In this document: positions 1 through 21,580 of the stretch, piece after piece
How positions within the stretch are numbered: position 1 is the first letter of the stretch
How the letters are laid out: each line of letters begins with the position of its first letter
Assembly (NCBI RefSeq): GCF_964204645.1
Contig: NC_134028.1
Location: 992,001-1,056,000 of the forward strand
Length of the DNA: 64,000 bases
Direction: 5' to 3'
Origin: Tubulanus polymorphus
Lineage: Eukaryota > Animalia > Nemertea
Notes under the pieces: generated by a model
Database searches by the model: none
What the model saw: only the letters and a program-made list of their open reading frames with translations
Told to the model about the DNA's origin: nothing
Position numbers and translations under genes: made by a program

Positions 1-132
1 TACGTCCGGAGGTCGTTATAACGAGGTATCCACTATAGTCGGAATCTATGCGGGGATGACATGAGAAAGGGAGCTGTATGGTGCTAAATGACAGGCCTGA
101 TATAAATGAGAGAACGCGATGCATCAGTTACA

Positions 133-207
133 TCTCTCCCTCTCTCCCTCTCTCCCTCTTCCTTCTCTCCCTCTCTCCCCCTCTCTCTTTCTCTCTCTCT
201 CTCTCTT
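133..207. repeat. (CT)n-rich microsatellite
   Basis: Imperfect CT/CCCT run seen directly. Confidence 0.9.
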
Positions 208-875
208 CATATCGGGTATAAAAATAACAAAGCTTTGACTTAAGATATACATGTATAAATATGTGAATGACGTTGAATGACTGTTTGCGTGACGTCTTAT
301 ATCTTAAAACTGATAATTTTATCATAGAAAAAAATCGTCTCCTAAAATATACGGAGATAATCTTATCAATATTATCATCACCAGCATGGCGCGACGTGAA
401 GCGGCTGTATGCTGACACAGCTGTGTGTTATAATAGTACTGATTTATCATACATTCACTCCGCTATATCGATTTATAGCTACTTAAAATATATATATATA
501 TAAGATAGCGCCAACAATATATTCTCTTCTCTTCTCTAAAAGGAATGCTTCTTAATTAAACAGGACTCTCTTTAGCCACATATACACAATTATTACATCT
601 CATCACAGTCCACATTCAACATACAGACAGTATATATCTATATCTATATATATATATATATAATATTCATTTTCACAAAAATATCCAGTAAATTAATTAC
701 ACGTATTAATCATTCGATTTAAAACTACTATATAATATTAATAATAACAATCATCATAATATATATGTATATAATAATAGTTATCATTAGTAATAGATTT
801 GTTCGATTTAAAACCAATTTGTTATTGCACATAGATTTATAACGCGATTTCGACGCCTGGCCGAAGCGACCGTCA

Positions 876-1050
876 GTGACCGTCGCCGCCTGGCCAAAAC
901 CGGCCCATCGGTGACCGTCGCCGCCTGGCCAAAACCGGCCCATCGGTGACCGTCGCCGCCTGGCCAAAACCGGCCCATCGGTGACCGTCGCCGCTTGGTC
1001 AATGCCGGTCCATCTGTGGCTGTCGCCAGCTGGCCGAGTCGGACCATCAG
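876..1050. repeat. 35-bp GC-rich minisatellite downstream of ATOH8 (probable 3' UTR)
   Basis: GTGACCGTCGCCGCCTGGCCAAAACCGGCCCATCG exact at 876, 911 and 946, then degenerate units at 981 and 1016. Confidence 0.92.
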
Positions 1051-1181
1051 CGACTATTCCAGCGTTTACGGCACTCGGCGTGAAAAAAAACTTTCATTCC
1101 CAAATAAATTCCTTCAAACTCCAAGAACTACTTGATATTTTCGCGGATGGCAGGTGGTATTAAAGCGGTGGGTTTTAATCC

Positions 1182-2039
1182 TTAATGTCGTTTTTTTGCG
1201 CGACCCTCAGTTTGAATGGTGCGCGTGCACAAATCGACACATTCTCCGAACGATGGGCGACTCTGATCACGGCTGTAGTCCATCTCGGCTAATCTGGACA
1301 ACGACAAAATATAACAACAGGCGATTCGTAATATTGCTAATTTCGATAGTTTTTGATTATAAGAATAAGACGGTACTGCTCGTCTGAGATTCTCGAAAGC
1401 GGCGCTGATCGTGTGAACCCTCGACCGTTCACGGGCATTAGCCTCGATACGGCGTTCCATCGTCATACTTTTATAATTTTTGCGCGGTTTTCGACCGGAC
1501 TGGTCCTCGTCGTCTCCCTGATAGAACGAATTCGGAGACTGGTTGCCGGCTCGGTTCATCTCGTCACCGGACTGATTGTGCGAGAAGAACGCGCCGGACA
1601 TAGCGCCGTATTCGAATCCTTGAGGTACAGGTATAACCCCGGGTGGGAGGCGAATAGCGTCTAAATCCGGATCCGAACTGGACGAGACCCGAGACTCACG
1701 AGTTCTCAGCGTTAATTCCTCCTCGTCATCGTCTAAAGACGGAGTCGCCCCATCGTCGGAGCCATCCGAGCGGCGCGGACATATCTCAGGTGGTTCCAAC
1801 GAACCCTCCATCGACCCAGGACTATCCGGACAAAATCGTTTAGTGCTATAATCACTCAATCGTCGCGGCTGGCTCATTTTGCGTTTATTTTTACGCGGAT
1901 TGTGATGATTTTTGCCGCTGTTTTGAGAACCGGTCTTTTGGTTAATCCGTACGCATAATACATCATCATTATCGGACGATGTCGAATTGTTCGCATAATT
2001 CCCTTCGCTAACACTGCAGGTGTCTAGTGAATCCTCCAT
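1182..2039 (-). CDS. ATOH8: Atonal-family bHLH transcription factor ATOH8/Net, intronless, 285 aa
   Basis: C-terminal bHLH RRIEANARERSRVHTISAAFENLRRAVPSYSYNQKLSKLAILRIACCYI plus the Net/ATOH8-type tail SFGECVDLCTRTIQTEGRAKKR, and an N-terminal KNKRKMSQP motif. Confidence 0.93.
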   Translation of the reverse strand: MEDSLDTCSVSEGNYANNSTSSDNDDVLCVRINQKTGSQNSGKNHHNPRKNKRKMSQPRRLSDYSTKRFCPDSPGSMEGSLEPPEICPRRSDGSDDGATPSLDDDEEELTLRTRESRVSSSSDPDLDAIRLPPGVIPVPQGFEYGAMSGAFFSHNQSGDEMNRAGNQSPNSFYQGDDEDQSGRKPRKNYKSMTMERRIEANARERSRVHTISAAFENLRRAVPSYSYNQKLSKLAILRIACCYILSLSRLAEMDYSRDQSRPSFGECVDLCTRTIQTEGRAKKRH

Positions 2040-4505
2040 TCTCTGACACTGTGTATAATAACCAGGCTCTGAAGGAGAGAGAGAGAGAGAGAGAGAACTC
2101 GGCTGCTGCTACCAGATGTTCCACCGTTAAAGAATGCTTTCCATGCGGCGTGATGTATTATTTATCGATAAACCAACTCTAACTAATCCGCATTTTAATC
2201 TCGAATAGTACTGCCACATCAGTATTAATACTCATTACAGTCAAAACGTATCTTATACCGGCACCGACGAGGTCTCAATGACTGATGAAATAGCTCAGCT
2301 GTTGTTCGAGTTTAAACAACAATAGCTTATGAAAATCACAACTCAACGCGTCCTGCGCAATCGCATGCTATTCAATGATATCACGACCAGGTGTTCTATG
2401 CTGTTCGGCGAGCGTAATTATTTAAACACACGGGGTGACGGCTGTCTGTTAGATTTCTGGTCGACGTTCAAATTCAAACCGCACAAAATCAACCCGACTC
2501 GACTAACGGTAATTAATCTTGTCGGCGCGTTTTAATTTTCGGAGGCATTTTTGTTTTATGGCGCACTGCGACATTTTACAGCGCAGCCAACAACCTGCCA
2601 CCCCCAGGCACTGCACAATAGCTGCAACCTTAGCAACACAAAGTCTGATGGAGAGAGAGAAACATCTGTCTAAATGCAAAATCAATGGGGACATAAATTA
2701 CAGGCAGCTGGCAAGGCAAGTGGTCGCCTGCACCGCGCGGCTGTGTGTATGATTGGTGCACGAATAATTAATAAGGCGCAGCGCGGTTAATTAACCGCTA
2801 AAATATTTGCAGCCGAACAAAACCAGCGCCCTAAATAACAGCGCGAACTGAGCGCTTACACGGCGGCACCAGTCAAATTAAACACAGGTCATAGCAGCAA
2901 TTCCGATAGTTTACTCGACGAATAAAAATCCGCGAGATATCGGTGACAATCCCGATACCGGTTACCAGGGATACTGTCGAAATTTCGAGAATTTTGGACG
3001 GGGAAGCGATAACTGGAATTGGTCATCTAATTGCGGAAGTCGCGATGTCACCGATGACTGCGTGGGTGACGCTAAGTCTTCTCGACATAAAAAGGCAAAA
3101 GAAAAGGTTGTCGTCGGTTTTTATTCCTAGAAATGGCAATTAATGCCCGCTAATGATTTTCTTATTGACTGCATGTCACTTCGCATAGAACCTTAGCGTC
3201 GTCGACAGTTTGGTATAAAACTGGACCGTAGAGTGGATACAATCAGTTCCTCTAGGACCGCGAGGACACGTCGGGGTGTCTTCTACACCAACCCGTATAA
3301 AATTCACATAAATGCCTCAACACGATTTGAGGTTTCAAAATTCTCGGATTCCTAAACCTACCCACATTCACTGACTCTGACTATTCGTCACAGTTTCTTG
3401 TGGGCGCAGCTGTTTATGTGATATCATAAAATAAAAGCTATGTAAATTTGCCGTGAATCATCAAACAAATATATGTGAATACTATCGATATTCCATTCGG
3501 TAAATACTAGACAATACACGATATGTGTAGGACTGATGGGACACAAGTTGAACGAACCGAAAAATCTATAGCAATAGTGACCGCAAGTGGTTGTTGATGT
3601 ATCCACACCTGGCATAGTAACGACCTTCGTTCCGTGGAGTGCGTGAAATCTATTCTTAAAAAGCCTCACAATCAAATGCAATAAACCAGCCCCGCAGTGG
3701 ATGATTCAGTTTGGACGATATTTAGTTTATCTTGTAGCTCGAGACATCTGGTCGAACAAAAATCGATCTATTGTATTCGATTGTGTGGTGTTTATTTAGC
3801 GCAGTTTCCCGGCACTTGTTCTGACAAATAGCCGTTTGCTCTCGCGACGACCTGCTGGAAAGAAAGGCGAGAACAAGTGCAATATGGGCCGCGGGAGGCA
3901 GACACAGGTCATCACTATTCAATCCATTGTTTACCCGGGTTAATCAGGTGTATTAGGACCTCCCGGTGTCGGAAATTAAATCGCGATAGTTTCTGCCCCT
4001 CGTTCCGGGTCGAGATTAACGACACCGGATAAATAATTTGACGGATTTGAAATCACCCCGATCCGAATATCAACGATCCGTAAGACCCTCAAATCGACAA
4101 ATTCCAAGAATTGTTTATTTAGCACTGCTCGCTAAAATGTACGCAGCCATAACGTATTGCGATGATTAATATCACCTACATTGAACATTGCACAGATGTA
4201 ACGAATAAAATAATACATTTTTAGAAATCCAGATGGCAGCACCTTACAACCTGAAAATTTCAGTCCAACTCCACGATTTTCCGAACACTCACAACGATAC
4301 CAAAGTCCAAAACCATGATTTAGCGAAAAATTATCATACATTTGATTATTATTACCAAATTAAACACGCATTGTGTGTTATCGGTATTCATTTATAATAA
4401 AATCAATATCCCGAATGTTTCTTTTATGTTTAAAACTACAAAATGCAACAAAAATTGCACATGCAAACATCGCCACCACCGACATCCAACGGACCTTCAC
4501 TCTCC

Positions 4506-12833
<8,328 letters not shown>

Positions 12834-12859
12834 TTTAAATGATTTTAAACCTTCAAGCG

Positions 12860-14953
12860 GCAAAAGGTTGAAAGCCTGTTTTGGTCGATGGCGAGTGACG
12901 TCACTAGTACAAATTCCGAGCGGTTCGAATCCCACAATACGCCAAAGTCACTACGGCCGCTCTGAGCGCACATCGCATTTCAACGTTGCCGTTTAATAAT
13001 TGTAAAATAACTAATAATAGTTTAAGTTTTATAAGGGTTAGAAGTACATTGTATTTACTGCTAGTGTATGTATATATCATGTACGGTTGCGAGAAATCCC
13101 TGCCCTGGTTAAACAGTAAGTCCACTAAATCTTTAAATTTTAAGTTGTTTAATGAAACTATTATTGTTTTAAATTGTTAAAACTGCAAACTATGGTTGTC
13201 GAAGATGCACCTTCTTCACATCCTTTGAAATCCTGGATAGCATCGCTGTCGGCAAAGACCTTCAGGTCTGTCTTCAACGGCACATCGCTTTGGAACAAGC
13301 GACTACTGTGTTATCAAATCTGAACTAGGTAAAAAAATGTTCCCCAAAAATAAAGACAAGTAAACGGATTAATTTGAGGTTTGAATGTTTTTGTTTATTT
13401 GTTGGTTCAAATCGAACCCTCGTCATCCTGATCTCCATAAATCTAAGAAAAGTATTCGCACACTTAAAACAATAAAATACGAGCAATAAGCAATAACATC
13501 AGACTGGAGTAAGTAACTTTACTTAATTCACAGATACAATCCTACACAAAACAATAGCTATTCAGTGGCGGATCCACCCCTCTATTTTTACCGATGTAGC
13601 CGCAAATCTATGCGTTACTGAGTAAAAACCGAATGAAATCTTTCTATTAAATAATGCTCAGAATGCACCTGCTTGCATCTATTTTTCCAAAAAATTTTTA
13701 GGGAGGGTCTTCGCGTTATCGGTGCTTGCTCTGGAATGGCTTACAGCCATCTGTTGTTGCTTTCATTTGCCCCCCCCCCCTTCAAAATGCTAAATCCGCC
13801 CCTGAGTGCAGACAAAATGATCGACAAAGACATACAGAACTCTAAAACAACAGTTAACAATTTAAGCAACGATAGACAAAACAGATAGCTGATTACTTTA
13901 CAAACCTGTTGTCAGAACCTTAATTATTTTTACATGTACATACAGAGGACTGTTAACAATTCAACCAATGAAATTGCGATAGAGATACAGAACAAACAGC
14001 TTTAACAGTAATTAACAGCTTAATTGTTGGCTAACTAGCTCAGTGAAACTGGGACCAGACCTAATGCATACACCCTCAGTGGCCAGGGCCAGGATTAAAC
14101 AGTTAGGCTACGTATATAAATAAAGGAATGAAAAGTACTTATCCTGAAATTGGTTAGGCTATCTATCTGCAACAAGAAATACATTTTCATTGACTCTGAA
14201 TACAGGGAACTACCATTCTTCTGTTTCGAGGCCTTAAAATTTATTGTTTATTTTTTGTTGCTGGATTTGGAATGGTTGTTGGAATATTTAAGGCCTAGTA
14301 GGTGGTGACTGTGAACGGGCAACATAGGCCTATACCCAGTGGCATGGCAATGGCATGCCACTGGGTACCCACTACTGCACTATAGTATACTGCCTACGGC
14401 TACTGCGACTGGTGGTTCGGTTGGCAGAAATTACTTGTTAACATGGGGGGGGGAGGGGGGAAGTAAGCGTGGATGAAGACAAATTAATTTAGCCGAGTAA
14501 GTAGCAAGCAAGTAAAGTAGTGGCAGTACAGTAGGCCTAGCGACAATGTGAGTGTGGTGGTAACGTGGCCGTGGTGGCAATAACAAGACTCCAAAACTGG
14601 CAAAAGCCAAAATTAAAAAGCCCTGCCGCCGCGCGGTCGCGACGCCTCGCCTGCACCACCGTGTACGATGCTCGCGGCGTTCACCAGTGTTACCCAGTGA
14701 GTTTTTTATAATCTTGCAATCTACCTCTTTTTTCAAACCAATATTCCCACCAACTGGTCCGGAGACAAGCTTAACACGTTCGGAAAACATGATTCACAAT
14801 CTTTTAATCAACAGCCAGCAAGAATACACTTGACAGCAAATTCAAATTCAGCGGTTAACCGTTAAAAGTGAGTTGTTTAGCTGTGGGAGTAACAAAAAGG
14901 CGATCTTGATGACGTCACTAGCCATCGACCAAAACAGGCTTTCAACCTTTTGC
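12860..14953. mobile_element. Non-autonomous TIR DNA transposon (~2.1 kb; 44-bp TIRs; 9-bp TSD CTTCAAGCG; Mutator-like by TSD length)
   Basis: 12860-12903 is the reverse complement of 14910-14953 with one mismatch. CTTCAAGCG flanks both ends (12851-12859 and 14954-14962). No long transposase ORF inside. Confidence 0.88.
13563..13804. mobile_element. MITE nested in the TIR element
   Basis: Termini CAGTGGCGGAT... and ...ATCCGCCCCTG form an imperfect inverted repeat around ~240 bp. Confidence 0.6.
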
Positions 14954-15411
14954 CTTCAAGCGCAGAAAAAAACGTAAATTCCACTTGTGATTAGATTCAA
15001 AACGCCAAACACCGATTGAACCAATTCAATTCAACCTATATTCGTTAACCCTTTACCCTTTAATCAAATACAAGTCAATATTTATTTATTGGCAGTAGTT
15101 TAACTTGGAAGTTTTACCTTGAAGTTCTGAAGGCCTATACAAACTAAACGGGTCCATAAGTTCAGTACAGTAATTCGGTATGCCGTGACACGGTGGTGGT
15201 GGAATGACGGGTTGATACGGGTTCAGGAGTAATTCTGGGCCTATAATAGATCATTTGAGAAAAGAACTTATAAACATTGACCAGTAACCACATGCCTCGA
15301 GTTCACTAGGTAGACTGTGACCGTGACTAGCGTTGTGTGAAAGCTGAACAACCACTAAAGACACATTCGATCTCGTCATATTCATATGATACACCGTGGT
15401 GATAAGGCATC

Positions 15412-18400
15412 ATGGAGAATAAATTTATAGGATTTATCGTTGTTTTAACGCTTGGAAATGTCGTTTTATCTGACGGTCACGATCCCAAATGGCGCAGCGA
15501 ATATCTCGACAGCGCAAATAAATTCAAGTTAGAATGGCGAATGAAAGATATGAAAGTAGAGTTTCGAGTTTCGGTACACGCTGACGGCTGGTTCGGGTTC
15601 GGTATCTCTCCGGATGGGCGGATGGCCAATAGTGATGTCGTGGTTGGCTGGATGTCTGGCGCGACTACAGGAAAATTAGTGGTAAGTATTTATAAGGAGT
15701 AAAATGGAACGTGAGCATTTTCTTCGGGGAGCAATTTCGTAGATCTTAGGAGAACAGTTGATAAATAGATTTTGTGGTCATCATGAAAACGCATGCCCCT
15801 ATTACTTGGGCTCATAAACAAACCTATATTAACGTTACATTTGTTTTATTGATAAATGAAATTCTAATTAAGTCTTGATGAAACCTTACGAACATAAAAC
15901 TAATTCAACGTGTTCCAGTACGCATATGCGAGTCCCAAGTATTTCCGCGTCATAGAATTCTGCGATTTCTGGGAAGGTAATTTTGCTTAAAACCATTTTC
16001 GCACCCTTTCTCTGCACGAACGCTTCTTATGAATCGCAGATATTTATAGTACTAGTTAGATTTCATAAGAGTTTAAGATATGAAGGGTTAATTTTGTTGT
16101 GAACAAACCGACGACATGTCACAAAACGCCGTGTTTGTTTCGGTTATTCTGGAATGCTGGAATATTTACATTCTATAGTGCATGCTATAAACTTTTGAAT
16201 GTGAATGATTGATATCATCTACAACGATACTCACATCTTCCAACTAACTAAATGAACACGAAATTAATTTCAGGATGCCCATGTAGGAGCGGGTCATGCT
16301 AAACCAGTTGCGGATACTGATTCCAATTGGTTCCTTACCGAAGCCGCTTCTACCAATCAGCGACTGGTTTTTACCTTTCATAGATTACCAAAAACTGACG
16401 ACAGTAAACAAGACATGGAAATAAAACCTGTAAGAGAAGTATTGTATATTTGTTTGGATTTATTATGATTATAAAATAGTTTCAATTGTACGTGATTTTG
16501 TAGAAATCAAAGAATTTGGCAAAGTATCAGAATTTGCTTTCACGATTGACCAGCATTTCCGAAAGGAAATCTAATTGACATAACCAGTTATTAGATTAAC
16601 TAGACTCTTCTTTGCCGCTTCAAACAGCGACACAGGGGGTCGCGCAGAAGGCAGACTGTGAGATATATTCAATTATTTATTGAATAGATCTTAATTATTT
16701 ATAGAGCGCCGATTTCTCTGATCACAATGTCCAGAGGCAAATTCTTTTTTGTCTATTCCGACCACAGGAAATATTTTCTATTCCAGTTTTATAATACATT
16801 TTGAAAATCATGGCTTTTTTATAACATTTTATAGCAGGAATTATCAGGAATAAATTAATAGACTTTTAACCTGCAGTGTTTGACTTGTGAAAGCGTATGA
16901 TATTATGTTTTTAATTTTCATCCTCTTTCGTAACATTAGGGTATGACGAATGTAATCTGGGCGTACTCTGACAGTAAAGCCACATCAATGGACTCGATAT
17001 CGTATCATGGCCCGGCCAACAGGGGCAGCAAGTCCATCGAGATCCTACCAGCGGTAACTGATCCGATGCCTGAACCAAAACCGGAGCCCACCCCGTCGAC
17101 AGAATATCCTCGAAAAGCATACCTCGATCATAAAATGAAATATTTATTGGAATGGAAATACGACGAAAAAGAAATGAAGGGTGGTAAAATAACATTCCGA
17201 GTGACAGTAAAAACGACAGGATACGTGGGTTTCGGGCTGTCCGAGAACGGCGCAATGAAAGGATCTGATATCGTTATCGGCTGGGTGAACGGTGGCAAAG
17301 CGCAACTTTACGTAAGAAAAAACACATCTTATTTCTCTTCAATCTACGTGAAATTTAAACCTCACAGAAAATGTCAGATGATCTGATTTTCTAATAGGAT
17401 ATGCACGGTATCGGAAATCAAATACCCGTCGAGGACAAGACAAACAACTGGAACCTGAAAGAGGGAAAAGAAGAGAATGGTTTTACACAACTGACGTTTT
17501 ATCGCAGTTTGGACACGTGTGACGAAGATGGTGATATTAAGATCGGGGTAAGGAACCTCGTGACGTGTTCCATTTTTGCCAGTTTCCCATTTCTCAATTG
17601 ATTCTGTAGCTTAGAAGCTCAACACAAGTTCCATTAACTTACTGAGATTTACGTGAATACGGGACCATGCGGCCAGCTAAGCAGTCGTGACTAAGATCCT
17701 GGGGCCGGTTCCATAGTCGAGATTCAAGTCCAATCGTGGTCTTAAATCTTAAAACTGGTCTTAAGTTGTTAGATTTGCTATAGAACTAAGTTGGTCTTAG
17801 AACGGTCTTAAGTCTAAGCCATGACCATGGAACTGGCCCCCTGGTCTTAAGATGTCATATTGGTTATAAAAATACGATAACCCAGACTGGTCTTAACACT
17901 AAACATGGCCGCGCAACTAGTTTGTTTAGTCGAGGACTCTAGGTGAACATCTAGTGAGCTCGAATTATCTCCTATTCTACATAAACATCTTCTTCAATTG
18001 TTATATCAAGAACGAACTCTTTTTGATACATCGATGTCCTGATAATCTTTCTCTCGTTTCACAGTCTGGAGCGACGAGAATAATATTTTCATTTAACGAC
18101 GAAGACCCGACTGATGTCAGCAATGCTATATACCACGGTTCAAACCGAGGCGTACGCACTCTGTATCTGCTGGATGAACCCGAACCGACCGTTAAACCGG
18201 GACCTGACGTAAAAACTATCGAATTAAAACCACGTCAGGTACAATATTTCGTTAAAGTCATGAGTTTAGCATGAAACTAATTCATTTTCGATGACGTCGA
18301 GGTATTAAGATAACTGGGCGATAGTTAATCTTGATTTCATCGTTTTGTTCAAGGTCACCCTTACGTCTGCCAGGACGACCTATTTCTGCTCGTTTACTAA

Positions 18401-21400
18401 GATGCAGTTACCGACCGCGCAGAAATACCACGCTATCCAGGTAAACTGATGGCTTATTACGTGTTTTACGTTAACAAGACAAATCGGAAAGAGTTAATAT
18501 TTCAGTTTAGGCACAGACCATCTGAAACCACTGCTTTTGATCACATCATTCTGTATTCATATTGTCATATTGTACAAATAGTTGTTATTCATTTCTGAAT
18601 AGATTCGTAGCTATCATAAAACATTCTGATTGTTTTTGAGTCACAAAACATTTTAGATACTTTTGGTATATTTGCCCTCTCAATACCATGTGCAAAATAT
18701 CATTTTCTGTTTTTTTTTTTCATAATTCTGTAGATGTCACAAAAGCTCGTTAAAGGCAATGAACCGTACGTGCATCACCTGCTGGTCTACAAATGTGCGG
18801 TGGGGAGGTATAATGATTCTATATTAAATGTTTACGGTAATTGTTTCACGCCGGAATTCCGTAAATTGAGATGTCGCGAAATTCTGGTTGGTTTCGCTAT
18901 CGGTTCACATGTACGTACTTACAATAAACGACTCTTTCAAAACTATTTCAAACTTGTTATATCCGTTATTATAGTGCATTCCAATATACATTAGAATGTT
19001 TTATATATCATTCTAAACCAAGTAGAATTGTCCGTTGTGATGTTCGTAATCCAATTACTTAACTCAAGATTTGTGTCTTTCTAATTGCAGGAAACTTCAT
19101 TCCCCGAAAATGTGGGAATGCCAATAGGTGGCGCTGAAGATTCAATGTACTACATGTTCGAAACCCATTATGATAATCCAGAAGGAAGAACTGGTAAATA
19201 TTTCATCTTAAATTAAATTTCCGATTTCAAAATCAAACCCTCTGTTTCGTTCCCGGAAGGTGTAACTGGTGCGTTCGTAGGGGTCTGAAGGCTATAGTGT
19301 TTATGAATTTAAAAGTGGAACATTTCCCTTAAAAGATATTAAACCATAGAATTCATCTGCGTTACTCATCATGAAGTACATTTCTAGAAATGTTAAAAGT
19401 TTTTTTCTGAAATTATTTTCCAGATATCGTCGATGATTCCGGCATAGAAATAACATACACGAGTAATCTACGTGAACAGGAAGCTGGAACGATGTTTATT
19501 GGATCGTCAGTGAGTCCTCTAGCTATGGTTATACCGCCTCGTCAGGAGAAATTCATCGCCCGAGGAATGTGCTCAAATTCCTGTTTAAGCAAGGCAAGTG
19601 AGATTTCTCTCAAAATGTTAAATCGTTCAGGGAAATATATCCAGAAGAATTCCTGAAAATGAAACACAAATTGTGATGCCGAGTTATCTCTATATTGTAG
19701 GCTTTGAACAAGTACACTAGCCAGAAAGAGATTCACATTTTTTCCGTACTAGGCCACGCCCATTTACTGGGTTCAGGCATACGCACACGTCATTTCCGTG
19801 AAGGATATGAGTTGCCATGGATACTGAACGATATGTCCTACGACTTCAACTATCAAACATGGCGACCGCTGAAAAAACCCGTGACCATTAAATCGGTAAG
19901 AATCTTATTGAAAATGTTAATAATCTATAATCGTAGAGAATCTCAGTGAGCATCAATGATTTCAGTGTTCTACTGCATCCGGTGGTCAGTTTATGCACTG
20001 TCATGGTTTAGATTTAGACCAGTCTAAGCTCTTTTTAGTTCTAATGCCCATCCAAAACAACTTAAGACAAGTTTAATGATTTTAGTCAACCGGGTCCCGA
20101 TATTCAGAAGAGAATGAAAGGATATATATATATACATGTATATTTCGTCATGATGACCGTATTCAATTAGAATTTTCAATATTTTCTTTCATATTTGCAA
20201 AGACTGATACAATTGTTACTGATTGCTACTACAATTCGGAGAAAAGAGAGGGCGTTACGTTCGTAAGTTATCGATATAAAATCAGAAATAGGTTCTACAA
20301 TTCTGAGTTTGAATTTAACGTTTTCAGCCGTTCAGGAGTTTAACTCGCAGGTTGAATACAGAAACATCAATTCCATTGTGAATGTTTCTTTTTCTAATTT
20401 AATTTCAAGGCCGGTGAAGGAACTAATGCAGAAATGTGTTACACAGTCATCCTCTACTACCCCAAATTACCGATGTCGTTCTGTACAACAAATGCTGATA
20501 CAACCACACCCGCCCTGCAAAATATGAACTGGGTCTATAAAATGGGCCAGTAAGTTCGTGTTTCTATCCATGTCGATCTTAAGTCTAGTTTAGTTCACAG
20601 TTTATCTTGCTTTTACGTCGTTCGGATATTGGTTTCCCAAGACTAAAGGAACCTCACCACGGCCTTTGAAGTGTTGCCTGATCATGATCTTGTTCTGATC
20701 ATCATAATTAAAAGAATTTGAATATCATTGCAAGATAGAGTTCTATAGTTTAAGATGGAGCTCATTTGAAATATTAGAATAGTTAATTTATCTAAAACCC
20801 GAATGGTTAATTGTGACAATTTTTTCAGAGTAAACAATTGGAACGATTGGAAAGAGGTTCGCGGTAAAATGATGAAAATGTACCAGTCGAAGGACACGTG
20901 GAGCGATCAATCCGATATCGATGACTTCCAGGAACGAGTTCTTCAGACTGATTACTATCCGGAATGTTTCGCAAAATATTCAGCCCTTGTAAGTTTCTAA
21001 TTGATAATTCCAGTCGACTGTGGCAATCGAGGATTCTGTTTGTGGCAAGCGAGGATTGGTGTTTTTGTTTATATCAGTTCGAATCTTGGTTTCCTAAAGA
21101 CAAACCCTTTACCCACAAACCGTCAGCAGTCCAGGCTCGCTACCGAATCTCCTTTCGGAGTCAATAGAAAATCTTTCTATAATTTCTCAAATTCTATGAA
21201 TGATGAATGAAAATCAGGCTAGGCTGAGTTTATAAAGAGACAATTTCTGATGCAGAAGCGAGAATTAAAAACTTTGATCCTGCAGGGTTTAGGGTTGTCC
21301 TGTGATATTGTTGTCCACGCCAGAGATGGTTGTACGGTTCCTCGAATGAGATTTGACTAAATTCTTTTAAATTCATTCTGTCTGATAAACCGTATCATTC

Positions 21401-21580
21401 ATAATGTTTCTATTCCAGGCCGATCCGTCTAAAAAGTTCAAATTTCAAATGAAACAGAAATACGAACCGATGCGACGAGACATTTGTATGAAGGTCTCTC
21501 CAGCTCCCCGAGTACAATCTTCTATCGCTGTTCTTATTCTGTCGACGCTGTCCATCCTAACCCTGATTACACGTGCTTAA
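15412..21580 (+). CDS. DBH-like copper type II ascorbate-dependent monooxygenase (MOXD1-like), two DOMON domains, ~14 exons
   Basis: Signal peptide MENKFIGFIVVLTLG. DOMON1 GWFGFGISPDGRMANSDVVVGW and DOMON2 GYVGFGLSENGAMKGSDIVIGW. CuH ligands VHHLL (18734 exon) and ETHYDNP (19091 exon); CuM ligands GHAH (19701 exon) and EMC (~20430). YDFNYQ motif. Hydrophobic tail IAVLILSTLSILTLITRA*. Confidence 0.9.

Noticed and set aside
728-1047. Repetitive ORFs, or a CRISPR-like reading of the 35-bp repeats
   Set aside because: Units are head-to-tail with no unique spacers, there are no cas genes and the context is eukaryotic. The ORFs are artefacts of the minisatellite.
14431-14790. 119-aa ORF inside the TIR element as a transposase
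   Set aside because: No DDE, zinc-finger or THAP motif is recognisable and it is too short.
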